Origin: Thermovirgaceae bacterium | GTDB lineage: Bacteria > Synergistota > Synergistia > Synergistales > Thermovirgaceae | Reading direction: 5' to 3' | DNA length: 64,000 bases | Assembly: GCA_040767805.1 (NCBI GenBank) | Contig: JAXGNU010000002.1 | Location: forward strand, 132,756 to 196,755 | Shown here: positions 1 to 8,144 of the stretch, one piece after another | Position numbering within the stretch: the first letter of the stretch is position 1 | Layout: every line of letters starts with the position of its first letter | The notes under the pieces: model-generated | What the model was told of the DNA's origin: nothing | What the model saw: only the letters and a program-made list of their open reading frames with translations | Database searches by the model: none | Translations under genes and position numbers: made by a program

Positions 1-1472
1 TAGGCGAAGGGGATCGAGTCAAGGAAAGCCCCCCTGGCGTCGCCAAGCCATAGGGCCAGCCTTGCCGAGGCGGATCTCGTCGCGGCGTCCGGGGACAGGG
101 ACAGGACCATCCTGGCGTAGATGACGAACCCCCATTCCGCCAGTTCTCCCCCCTCACCGGCCGCCCTTTGGGCGGGGAGGTCCCTGACCCTCGGCGGCTC
201 GGAAGGGAAGGCGAGGTAAGTGTAGTAATCCGTGGGGTAGCCCTTTCGAAGCCTCTCGAGGAGCCCCGAGGAGGTCCTCGAATCCCCCAGCTTCTCGTTC
301 GCCCTGGCCGCCCAGTATAGAAGGCGGGACTCCTGCCTTGGGTCGTTCCCCGCGTCTAGGGCCTTCGTCCAGGCACCGTCGGCGGCCCTGGTGTCACCCT
401 TCTTCCAGGCGGACCATCCCTTTTCCCAAAGGGCCGCGGCGGTGAAACGGCTTGTCGGGTAACGCTCCAGGAGGATCTCCTCGTACCGGGAGGCCTTCTC
501 CTCATCCCCGGCCCCGGCGAAAAGGCCCGCCAACTCGACCAGGGCTGAGGCCGCCGGGTCGCCCTGCGCGGAATCCGATATTACCATAAGCGTTTCGAGG
601 GCTTCCCCGCCCTTTTCCCTGGCCATCCTGGATATCAGTTCGATCGAGGGCTGGGAATACCTCGAACCCCCAAGAGACAGGTCCTTCCAAATCGGCAGCG
701 CTTCATCGGCCCTGCCAAGGTTCGAAAGGGCCCTAGCCCTGAAGAAGGTCGCCCTTTCAAAACGTGGGTCCTCCCGGGGGACCCTTTCAAGTTGAGCGAG
801 GGCCTCCTCGAGATTGCCGGAGAAAAAGGAAGCGTACCCCAGGGGGAAGGCGGTCCTCGGGTCTTCAGGCCCCGGGTCCTTCCGGATCATGGAAAGGGCC
901 CCACGGTGAAAGGGGGCTAACTCAAGCAGCGCCAGGGCATACTTGGGGTCCGGCTCTGGCAGCTTTAAAAGCGCTTCAAGGGCCTGCTTCCGGAGGGGGG
1001 TGTCCTTGGCGCTTTCGGCCATCGCCCCGTACCACTCTTTGGCTTCCTCCACCCGGCCCCCCTTCAGGGAGAGCCTCCCGAGGGCGTAGGCCACGTGAGG
1101 CGCCAAGACCCAGTCGTCCCCTTTCCAGAGCGAAAGGGCCGCCTCCTCGGCCTTCCGGCCATCGCCGGTCCTTTCGAAACCCAGGAGGATGAGCATATCG
1201 GCGAAGGGTTTCAACCCTTCCGGGAGGTCTTCCCTCTCCTCCAGCAATATCTCGAGGGCCGGCGCCCACTTGCGCTGGAGCCACAGCGCGTTGGCGAAGA
1301 TGACCCTTTCCTTCGGCGAAGCCTGGTCGCCTAGGGATCGGACCTTCGTCTCGAGGGCAACCCACTGCCTCGACCAGAAAAGGTCCTCTATCTCCGAGGC
1401 CTTCACCGCCGACGTCGGGAAAAGGAGGATCACGAGGAGGGCCGCCCCAAAAAACCTTAGGCTTTTTCGCAT
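1..1472 (-). CDS. Secreted TPR-rich protein, likely N-terminal part of a soluble lytic transglycosylase (Slt70-like); runs off the window edge
   Basis: Not in the ORF track because there is no stop in the window. Manual translation from ATG 1472: signal peptide MRKSLRFFGAALLVILLFPTSAVKA, then helical repeats including LYWAARANEKLG and YPTDYYTYLA. The catalytic domain is not visible in the window. Confidence 0.65.
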   Translation of the reverse strand, partial: MRKSLRFFGAALLVILLFPTSAVKASEIEDLFWSRQWVALETKVRSLGDQASPKERVIFANALWLQRKWAPALEILLEEREDLPEGLKPFADMLILLGFERTGDGRKAEEAALSLWKGDDWVLAPHVAYALGRLSLKGGRVEEAKEWYGAMAESAKDTPLRKQALEALLKLPEPDPKYALALLELAPFHRGALSMIRKDPGPEDPRTAFPLGYASFFSGNLEEALAQLERVPREDPRFERATFFRARALSNLGRADEALPIWKDLSLGGSRYSQPSIELISRMAREKGGEALETLMVISDSAQGDPAASALVELAGLFAGAGDEEKASRYEEILLERYPTSRFTAAALWEKGWSAWKKGDTRAADGAWTKALDAGNDPRQESRLLYWAARANEKLGDSRTSSGLLERLRKGYPTDYYTYLAFPSEPPRVRDLPAQRAAGEGGELAEWGFVIYARMVLSLSPDAATRSASARLALWLGDARGAFLDSIPFA

Positions 1473-1957
1473 CCCCTTCGGTCTCCCGGGAAGATCTCGC
1501 CGCACCGGTCACAGGGGGGCGGTTCCCCGGTCAGGGAGAAGTGCCGGAAGTGGTCGAGCCACTTCGGGGCACCCCTCCCGCAGATCTCGAGGAACCTGAT
1601 AAAGGAGACAAGCCGTTCCCTGCACGTGGGGGTGATAAAATGCTCAACGTTACAGGCGTTCTGGGTCGCTTCCCCGCTGTCGAGGTTCAGCACTTCCTCG
1701 AAGAAGGTCCTGAGGAGTTCCTCGTTCTGAAGGAGGGTCTCGGCGACGGCCCTGCCTTCAGGGGTGAGAGAGATGTACCCGTAGTGCTCCTGGTCGACGA
1801 GGCCGCCCTCCTTGAGGCCCGAGACGACCCCGACGACGGTGGGGGACCTCACCCCCAGGAGCTGGGCCAGGTCCTTGACGCGGACCACCTTCTTCCGGTC
1901 CTGGAGCCTCAGTATGGCCTTGAGGTAATCTTCGCTTCTCGCGCTCAGTTTTGACAT
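1457..1957 (-). CDS. DtxR/MntR-family metal-dependent transcriptional regulator
   Basis: SEDYLKAI, HTH VRVKDLAQLLGVRSPTV, LTPEG, ACNVEH metal-binding motif. Confidence 0.9.
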   Translation of the reverse strand: MSKLSARSEDYLKAILRLQDRKKVVRVKDLAQLLGVRSPTVVGVVSGLKEGGLVDQEHYGYISLTPEGRAVAETLLQNEELLRTFFEEVLNLDSGEATQNACNVEHFITPTCRERLVSFIRFLEICGRGAPKWLDHFRHFSLTGEPPPCDRCGEIFPGDRRGCEKA

Positions 1958-1977
1958 TGTTAGCCTCGCCTACTTTT
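1958..1977. promoter_or_regulatory. Candidate DtxR/MntR operator over the regulator's own translation start region
   Basis: TTAG-CCTCGC-CTAC-TTTT (imperfect TTAG-N6-CTAA dyad) directly upstream of the ATG. Confidence 0.45.
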
Positions 1978-2034
1978 GTTATTATCTTCATAAGTATCCG
2001 CCCGATGGAGCGAACCGTCAAGGGAGAGTAAGGA

Positions 2035-3030
2035 ATGAACGTTCACGTGGTCCTCGGCGCCCTCGCCGCGTCGGCGGCCGCAGCGGAGGTCTTCATCGCC
2101 CCCAAACCCGGCCTCGTCGACCGTTTCGGCCCCGGTTCCCACCGGGACATGGATTTCAATGCCTTTCTCTTAAGTTTGATGGCCCTCGCGCCCTTCTGGC
2201 AGCGGCAGGCCTTGTCGGGCCTGGCAGGGGTCCCCCCCGGAGAGGCTCTCCCCTGCCTGAGGCGGACGGGGCTAAAGATGGACGCCGCCATGTACCGGGC
2301 CACCTCCGGCGTGAACACCCATAAGGGCCTGATCTTCGCCCTTTCCCTCCTTCTTTACGGGGCGGGGCGCTGCCTTTTGCTCGGCGAGGGCCTTCGGCCC
2401 TCTAAGGTGGCCGCCGCCGCCGCTTCGGCGGCCCGGGGTTGCTGCGAGAGGGAACTCCTCTCGCTGGCCAAATCTCCTCCCTCCAGGCCCCTGACGGGGG
2501 GAGAGAGAATATTCCTGGAGCACGGCGTCACCGGCATCAGGGGCGAGGTCGAGGGAGGCTTCCCCACTGTCCTAAGACACGGTTTGCCTTCTTTCAGGAA
2601 GGCCCTCTCACGCGGGGCTACGAGGCACGACAGCGCCCTTTACACCCTTTTCGACCTCATGATGCACGGGGAGGACACGAACGTCATCGCAAGGAAGGGC
2701 CATTCCTTCTGGAGGGGCGACTACCGGCGCCTTGTGGGCGGGCTCCTGGACCTGGGTACGCCCCCCTACGACGACGCTGCCCTGGCTTCCCTCAAGGAAG
2801 CCGACGAACAATTCCGACTCCAGGATATCAGCCCCGGCGGGGCAGCGGACCTTTTGACCTGCACCCTGTTCCTTCACGACTGCGATACCCTCCTGGTCGA
2901 TATTGTAAACATTCAGAGCGCCAGGTATAATATATGTAACATAACGTACGGAGGTGCGGGCCATGAGCCTGGGACTGAGGATCAAGACCCTTCGCAGGTC
3001 GAAGGGGCTCACCCAGAAAAGACTCTCTGA
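2035..3030 (+). CDS. citG: Triphosphoribosyl-dephospho-CoA synthase CitG
   Basis: PKPGLVDR, GSHRDMD, GVNTHKG, TGIRGE, DTNV, SPGGAADLL motifs. Confidence 0.9.
   Translation: MNVHVVLGALAASAAAAEVFIAPKPGLVDRFGPGSHRDMDFNAFLLSLMALAPFWQRQALSGLAGVPPGEALPCLRRTGLKMDAAMYRATSGVNTHKGLIFALSLLLYGAGRCLLLGEGLRPSKVAAAAASAARGCCERELLSLAKSPPSRPLTGGERIFLEHGVTGIRGEVEGGFPTVLRHGLPSFRKALSRGATRHDSALYTLFDLMMHGEDTNVIARKGHSFWRGDYRRLVGGLLDLGTPPYDDAALASLKEADEQFRLQDISPGGAADLLTCTLFLHDCDTLLVDIVNIQSARYNICNITYGGAGHEPGTEDQDPSQVEGAHPEKTL
2903..2931 (+). promoter_or_regulatory. Sigma70-type promoter inside the 3' end of citG, upstream of the XRE gene
   Basis: TTGTAA (2903-2908), 17 bp, TATAAT (2926-2931); GGAGGT RBS before ATG 2963. 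Confidence 0.65.
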
Positions 3031-3319
3031 AATGGTCTATGTCAGCCGCATTTATATCCAGTCCCTGGAGAGCAACCGGCGGCTGCCCTCGATGAAGCTC
3101 CTCAAGCGGCTGGCCGCGGCCCTCGACGTGGAAGTGGTCGACCTGGTCCACGACCCCGGCAGGGACGGTTCGGGCAGGCTTATGCTCGAAGAGGTGCTCA
3201 ACGACAGCGAACCCGTCGAAATATGGTACCGGAGCAGGAAGCTCTCCAGGGGAGAGGTGCAACTTGTCCAGAAGCTCATCGAAGCGGCGCTCTCCGATTG
3301 GGACAGGGAGAATGCCTGA
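2963..3319 (+). CDS. XRE-family HTH transcriptional regulator
   Basis: LGLRIKTLRRSKGLTQKRLSE...LESNRRLPS HTH; RBS-supported ATG. Confidence 0.88.
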   Translation: MSLGLRIKTLRRSKGLTQKRLSEMVYVSRIYIQSLESNRRLPSMKLLKRLAAALDVEVVDLVHDPGRDGSGRLMLEEVLNDSEPVEIWYRSRKLSRGEVQLVQKLIEAALSDWDRENA

Positions 3320-3740
3320 AACGGCCCTGGACGGGAAGACGGGGGACGGGTTCCTATGGCCCGAGCCGCCCGAGTTCATCCCGGAATGGGCTTCCCTTGA
3401 GGCCCGCCAGTGGAAAGACCTTGACGACTTCGACCTCCTCGCGAAAGTTGAAGCCGCCTGCGGCAGGTCCGTCGAGATCGTCAGGGCCCCGTTGCCCGTC
3501 TCCCTATGGGGTCTCCACGTCGCCAGGGGTCGGAGGGCGCGCATCTACGTGAACGGCCTCCTCCCGGAAATATGGAGGCGTTTCGCCCTCTTCCACGAGA
3601 TCTACCACCTAACCCACCACGCCAGGGGCGAGGATTTCTGGTCCCACACCGCCACCCCGATGACGAGTTTCGAATACCAGGCCGACCTGTTCGCCTGGGC
3701 CGCCATAATCGACGAATGGGGCGAAGGTGCCTGCTGGTGA
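3312..3740 (+). CDS. ImmA/IrrE-family metallo-endopeptidase
   Basis: IYVN...RRFALFHEIYH (HExxH)...EYQADLFA; overlaps the XRE stop. Confidence 0.85.
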   Translation: MPETALDGKTGDGFLWPEPPEFIPEWASLEARQWKDLDDFDLLAKVEAACGRSVEIVRAPLPVSLWGLHVARGRRARIYVNGLLPEIWRRFALFHEIYHLTHHARGEDFWSHTATPMTSFEYQADLFAWAAIIDEWGEGACW

Positions 3741-4678
3741 ATCGCGCCCCCTTCTTCCTACCCATGAGGGACTGCCCCAACCGGTGCGTTTACTGCGACC
3801 AGAGGGCCATAACCGGTCACGTCGTTTCCCCGGAACCCCGGGACGTGAGGGAGGCGCTGCGGGGGATCGCAGAACCCACCGAGGTCTGCTTCTTCGGCGG
3901 CAGCTTCACCTGCCAGCCGCTGGGCCGACAGAGGGAATACCTCGAGGCGGCCCTGTCCGCCCCCTTCCCAGTAGACCTGAGGCTCTCCACCCACCCCCTC
4001 TGCGTCGACCCGTCGATACTGGCCTTTCTTTCCCGTTTCCCGGTGAGGATAATTGAACTGGGCGTTTCCTCCCTCGAGGACGAGGTGCTGGAGAAATGCA
4101 AAAGGGGGTACACCGGGGCCGAGGTCCTGGAAAAGATTTCCCTGTTAGCCGCGAACCCGGTTTTCATCCCCGGGGCGCAGCTGATGACCGGCCTCCCCGG
4201 GCAGACCCCTTCGTCGTCCCTGGAGGACCTGCGCCGCCTTGCCGCCGTGAAGGGCGCGGGTCCCATGCAGATCAGGATCTACCCCTGCCTCGTCCTGAAG
4301 GGAACTCTCCTCGAAAGATGGTACCTCTCAGGCGACTACACCCCGCCCGGCATCGAGGAGAGCGCCCGTTGGGCGGGTAGGATGATCAAGTACGCCCGGG
4401 AGGCCGGTTTCGAACTCCTGCGGGTGGGCCTCCAGGAGACGGTCTCCCTCTCCGGCAGCGTGGTGGCGGGGCCTCACCACCCGGCCCTGGGCGAACTGGC
4501 CCGGTCCTTCGCGCTGGCCCTTTCCCTGGTCGAGGAAAGCCCCCAGGGACCGTGGCTTGTCCCAGCAAGCTCCCGGTCCCTCCTTTCGGGCCACGGCGAG
4601 TGGGGGCTCAAGGAACTGGCGGCCCTATCCTCGATTACCGCCGAAAGAGCGAGAGGCCTCGTGCGATGGGTCCCTTGA
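3737..4678 (+). CDS. Radical SAM protein (Elp3/YhcC-like)
   Basis: CPNRCVYC (CxxxCxxC), FFGGSFT, ELGVSS, QLMTGLPG, RIYP; GTG start overlapping the upstream TGA. Confidence 0.85.
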   Translation: MNRAPFFLPMRDCPNRCVYCDQRAITGHVVSPEPRDVREALRGIAEPTEVCFFGGSFTCQPLGRQREYLEAALSAPFPVDLRLSTHPLCVDPSILAFLSRFPVRIIELGVSSLEDEVLEKCKRGYTGAEVLEKISLLAANPVFIPGAQLMTGLPGQTPSSSLEDLRRLAAVKGAGPMQIRIYPCLVLKGTLLERWYLSGDYTPPGIEESARWAGRMIKYAREAGFELLRVGLQETVSLSGSVVAGPHHPALGELARSFALALSLVEESPQGPWLVPASSRSLLSGHGEWGLKELAALSSITAERARGLVRWVP

Positions 4679-4695
4679 TCCCGACGGAAGGACAT

Positions 4696-4724
4696 TTGCC
4701 ACGGGAGAAGATTTTGCCTACAAT
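4696..4724 (+). promoter_or_regulatory. Sigma70-type promoter for the MATE gene
   Basis: TTGCCA-17 bp-TACAAT upstream of the GGAGG RBS and ATG 4754. Confidence 0.55.
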
Positions 4725-4753
4725 GCTCTGAGTTTTTTGTCGCGGAGGGATCG

Positions 4754-6118
4754 ATGGCCATTCTGAAGAGGAACATCGACATGGGAGCCGGCGGCGTCGC
4801 AGGGACCCTTTGGCAACTGGCGCTTCCCTCGATGTTTTCCATGCTGTTCCATACCCTGTTCCACCTGGTGGATACCGTCTTCGTGGCGTGGCTGGGGGAG
4901 TCCTCCCTGGCGGCCATGTCGCTCACCTTTCCCCTGATGTTCGTCATCTTCGCCCTGGTGAACGGCATGGCCGTCGGGACCACGACCAGGATGAGCAACG
5001 CCCTAGGCCGGGGGCGGGTGGATGAAGCCCAGGGCTACGCCGACTCGGCCCTCCTCCTTGTCCTTATCCTCACGACGCCGGCCCTCCCCCTGGTCTTCCG
5101 CCCATCTTCGGACGCCTTTTTCTCCCTCCTCGGCGGTTCCGGCGACGTACTCCCGGAGAGTTACCGCTACGCCGCCTGGTTGGTGCTCGGCACCCCCCTG
5201 ATGGCCTTTTCTCTCATCGCCGACTCAACCTTCAGGAGCCAGGGAGATACGGTGACCCCCATGAAGAGCATGATCCTCGGCAACGCCATCAACGCCGTCC
5301 TCGACCCCATTATGATCTTCACCTTCGGGTGGGGGATCGCCGGCGCGTCGATAGCCACCTTCATAGGCCGGCTGGCGTCATGCCTTTACCTCTGGTCAAG
5401 GCTGAAAAAACGGAGCGCCCTCATCCCCGGCATAACCTGGAGGCCCGATCACCCGCGGAAGTGGGTCAGCATCGGCGAGATCGGGCTCCCCGTGGCGATA
5501 TCCCAGGGGAGCATGGCCGTGGGGAGCGCCCTGCTCAACCGGATACTCTCCGGCTATGGCCCCGCCGCCATAGGGGCCTTCATGCTCGGGAACAGGGTTG
5601 AGATGTTCGTCTTCCTGCCCGTCTTCGGTTTCAACAGCGCCCTCGTCCCCTTCATCGGCTACAACATAGGCAAGGGCGACTTCTCCAGGGTCCGCGGGGC
5701 CCTAAAGGTGGTCCTGCTCTCCTCGACGGCCATGATAGGCGTGATAGGGACCCTGGTATACCTGTGGCCCGACCTCGTCCTGGCCCTCTTCCGCCCCTCC
5801 GACCAGGTCATGGGGATGGCCATGGCCTCGATAAGAGCTTCGGCGACGGCCTATCTCTTCGCCGCCGCCGATATCTCCTTCTGGGGGATCTTCCAGGGGA
5901 GCGGCCGCCCCGTCTACGGCATGGCGGCCCAGATACTGCGGACGCTGGCGGTCCGCATACCCTCCGCGGCCGTCCTTTCAAGGCTCTTCGGCCTGCCGGG
6001 GGTCTGGTGGTGTCAGCCCCTTTCGGCCTTCGCCTCCTTCCTGCTGTCGACCTTTTTCATATTCAAGGTCATGGAGAAGATAAGGGAAGAGATACGATCC
6101 GGCTTCGGCGGGGACTGA
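4754..6118 (+). CDS. MATE family efflux transporter
   Basis: About 12 hydrophobic segments; LVDTVFV, RSQGDTVTPM, NAVLDPIMIF, GIAGASIAT motifs. Confidence 0.92.
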   Translation: MAILKRNIDMGAGGVAGTLWQLALPSMFSMLFHTLFHLVDTVFVAWLGESSLAAMSLTFPLMFVIFALVNGMAVGTTTRMSNALGRGRVDEAQGYADSALLLVLILTTPALPLVFRPSSDAFFSLLGGSGDVLPESYRYAAWLVLGTPLMAFSLIADSTFRSQGDTVTPMKSMILGNAINAVLDPIMIFTFGWGIAGASIATFIGRLASCLYLWSRLKKRSALIPGITWRPDHPRKWVSIGEIGLPVAISQGSMAVGSALLNRILSGYGPAAIGAFMLGNRVEMFVFLPVFGFNSALVPFIGYNIGKGDFSRVRGALKVVLLSSTAMIGVIGTLVYLWPDLVLALFRPSDQVMGMAMASIRASATAYLFAAADISFWGIFQGSGRPVYGMAAQILRTLAVRIPSAAVLSRLFGLPGVWWCQPLSAFASFLLSTFFIFKVMEKIREEIRSGFGGD

Positions 6119-6239
6119 CCCGGGGTCCGGGCTCGAGGGCGGAAAAAGGTGCCCCTTGGTTTTCACCGGTGTTGAGAGTATACTTAAATTGATTTTCCGA
6201 TAGGACAGTTTACTTTTTTCTTTATGGAGGGCTCCCCAA

Positions 6240-7109
6240 TTGGAAACCGAACAGCTCCAGGCTCTTTTCCGGGAAAAAATGCAGGCCATGCCCAAAAAAG
6301 CAAGGCGCGTCGTCGAATACCTCCTGATGAACATGAGGGAGGCGGCCTTTCGATCCATAGGCGATGTGGCCGATGGCCTAGGGGTGTCCAAGGCCCAGAT
6401 GGTGAGGGTCTCGAGGTTGCTAGGTTTTGAAGGTTACTCCAACCTGAAGGAAGCCCTCCAGGAAGCCGTGCTCGGAGAGGTCAACCCGGCGGCGATGCTG
6501 GCCCGGGTGACGGACAACCGGCAGGACCTTCCCGTCACGATCCACAGGCTGGAGCACGCGAACCTGGATGACACCTGGTCCCAGTTGAAGCCTGAAAAGG
6601 TCTCCGCCTTCTGCTCGAGGCTCCGCGGGGCCGATGCCGTCTATTGCGCCGGTTGGGGGATCTCGACCCTGGTGGCCCAATCGCTGTTCATGAGGCTGAG
6701 GATCATGGGAATGAAGGCCTTCCTGATGACCCGTTCCACCATGACCCTACTGGAACAGGCCAGGGGTGTCGGGAGGGGGGACGTGGTCGTCGTGTGTGAA
6801 CTCCCGAGCTTCGTGATCGAGGTCACCCAGGCGGTGGAGAGGGCCAAAACGAAGGGGGCCGGGATCATCACCATCACCGACAACCCCGCGGCCCCGATCT
6901 GCCGATACTCGGACCTTTCATTCTTCGTGAGCGCCGCCAGCCCGATGTTCGGGAGCAGCGTCATCGGCCCCCTCTTCCTGGTGCACATTCTTACCTCGGT
7001 CCTCGCCGTCAACATGGGCGACTCGGCGAGGAAAGCCCTGGAGGAACAGTCGGAGTTCCTTCACGATGAGAGGATCTTCCACCCCGTCTTCGGGTTGAAG
7101 TACTCCTGA
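6240..7109 (+). CDS. MurR/RpiR-family transcriptional regulator
   Basis: N-terminal HTH (SIGDVADGLGVSKAQMVRVSRLLGFEGY) plus SIS domain (ITITDNPAAPI). Confidence 0.9.
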   Translation: METEQLQALFREKMQAMPKKARRVVEYLLMNMREAAFRSIGDVADGLGVSKAQMVRVSRLLGFEGYSNLKEALQEAVLGEVNPAAMLARVTDNRQDLPVTIHRLEHANLDDTWSQLKPEKVSAFCSRLRGADAVYCAGWGISTLVAQSLFMRLRIMGMKAFLMTRSTMTLLEQARGVGRGDVVVVCELPSFVIEVTQAVERAKTKGAGIITITDNPAAPICRYSDLSFFVSAASPMFGSSVIGPLFLVHILTSVLAVNMGDSARKALEEQSEFLHDERIFHPVFGLKYS

Positions 7110-7125
7110 GCGAGAGCGGCGGATG

Positions 7126-7809
7126 TCAGACTTCCAGGCTCTCCCCGGGTTTCAGGACCCTTATCTCCGCGAGTCCCGAAGCCTTGGCGGCGAAATCCTC
7201 GGGGGAGGCCTTTATCAGCGGGAAAGTGTTGTAGTGCATCGGGACGGCCACCCGGGGTTTTATCATCCTGACGGCCCTGACAGCGTCGTCGATATCCATG
7301 GTGTAATTCCCGCCGATGGGGAGAAGGGCCACGTCCACCCCATCCTCGGCGAGGAGCCCCATCTCGACGGTGAGCCCCGTGTCACCGGCGTGGTAGATCC
7401 TGCGGCCGTCGACTTCTATGAGGAACCCTCCCGCCACGCCCCCGTAGACCATCCCCTCGCCCTCACCGACCTGGACGCCCGAACCGTGCCAGGCCGGCGT
7501 CATCTTCACCCTCCCGAAGGGGAAGGTAAAAGCCCCGCCTATCTGCAGCGCGTGGCACTTGACCCCTTCCAGCACACCGCACATCTCCACCGTGGCGACC
7601 ACCGTGGCCCCGGTCCTCTTCGCGATGTCCGGGGTGTCCCCGAGATGGTCGCCGTGCCCATGGGTCACGAAAATGTAGTTGACGTCCTTGAAGTCTCCAG
7701 GGGAGAAAGGGGTCATGCTGTTCCCCGTGAGGAAAGGGTCGATCAAGCCATCGAGGCCGCCGCCCTCGACCCGGAAGGCCGCGTGCCCGAGAAAGGTCAA
7801 CCTGGCCAT
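7126..7809 (-). CDS. Metal-dependent hydrolase, metallo-beta-lactamase fold (UPF0173-like)
   Basis: FLGHA, IDPF, THGHGDHLGD, YHAGDTG, PMHYNTF. Confidence 0.9.
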   Translation of the reverse strand: MARLTFLGHAAFRVEGGGLDGLIDPFLTGNSMTPFSPGDFKDVNYIFVTHGHGDHLGDTPDIAKRTGATVVATVEMCGVLEGVKCHALQIGGAFTFPFGRVKMTPAWHGSGVQVGEGEGMVYGGVAGGFLIEVDGRRIYHAGDTGLTVEMGLLAEDGVDVALLPIGGNYTMDIDDAVRAVRMIKPRVAVPMHYNTFPLIKASPEDFAAKASGLAEIRVLKPGESLEV

Positions 7810-7865
7810 TGTCCCGCCTCCCTTTCATATCGTTTTCCCTATTATAACTTTAAAAGCCCGGCGGG

Positions 7866-8144
7866 TTACACCTTCGGGCTATCGCGGGAGGCGAGGGAGC
7901 CCTCCACCTTTACACTGCTCTCGCTGTGGTGGCCCGTCTCCTGAATCCGTAGACCCTTGGGGGTGAGGAGGGCCCGGCCCAGGCCCTCAAGTTCCACCTC
8001 GACCCCTTTCCCAGCGTGCTTTTCGAACCAGGCATTCATCTCCAATGAACCGCTCCAGCCAAGGGCACGCAGTTCGCCCGCCAACAGGCCCTGCCGCTCT
8101 TCCAGGAGGAAGCGCCAGGGCCTCTTCTCCACCCCGGTCGTCAC
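7866..8144 (-). CDS. Small hypothetical protein coupled to aspS
   Basis: GTG overlaps the aspS TGA (GTGA); 92-aa C-terminal part of ORF 7866..8630. Confidence 0.45.
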   Translation of the reverse strand: MTTGVEKRPWRFLLEERQGLLAGELRALGWSGSLEMNAWFEKHAGKGVEVELEGLGRALLTPKGLRIQETGHHSESSVKVEGSLASRDSPKV

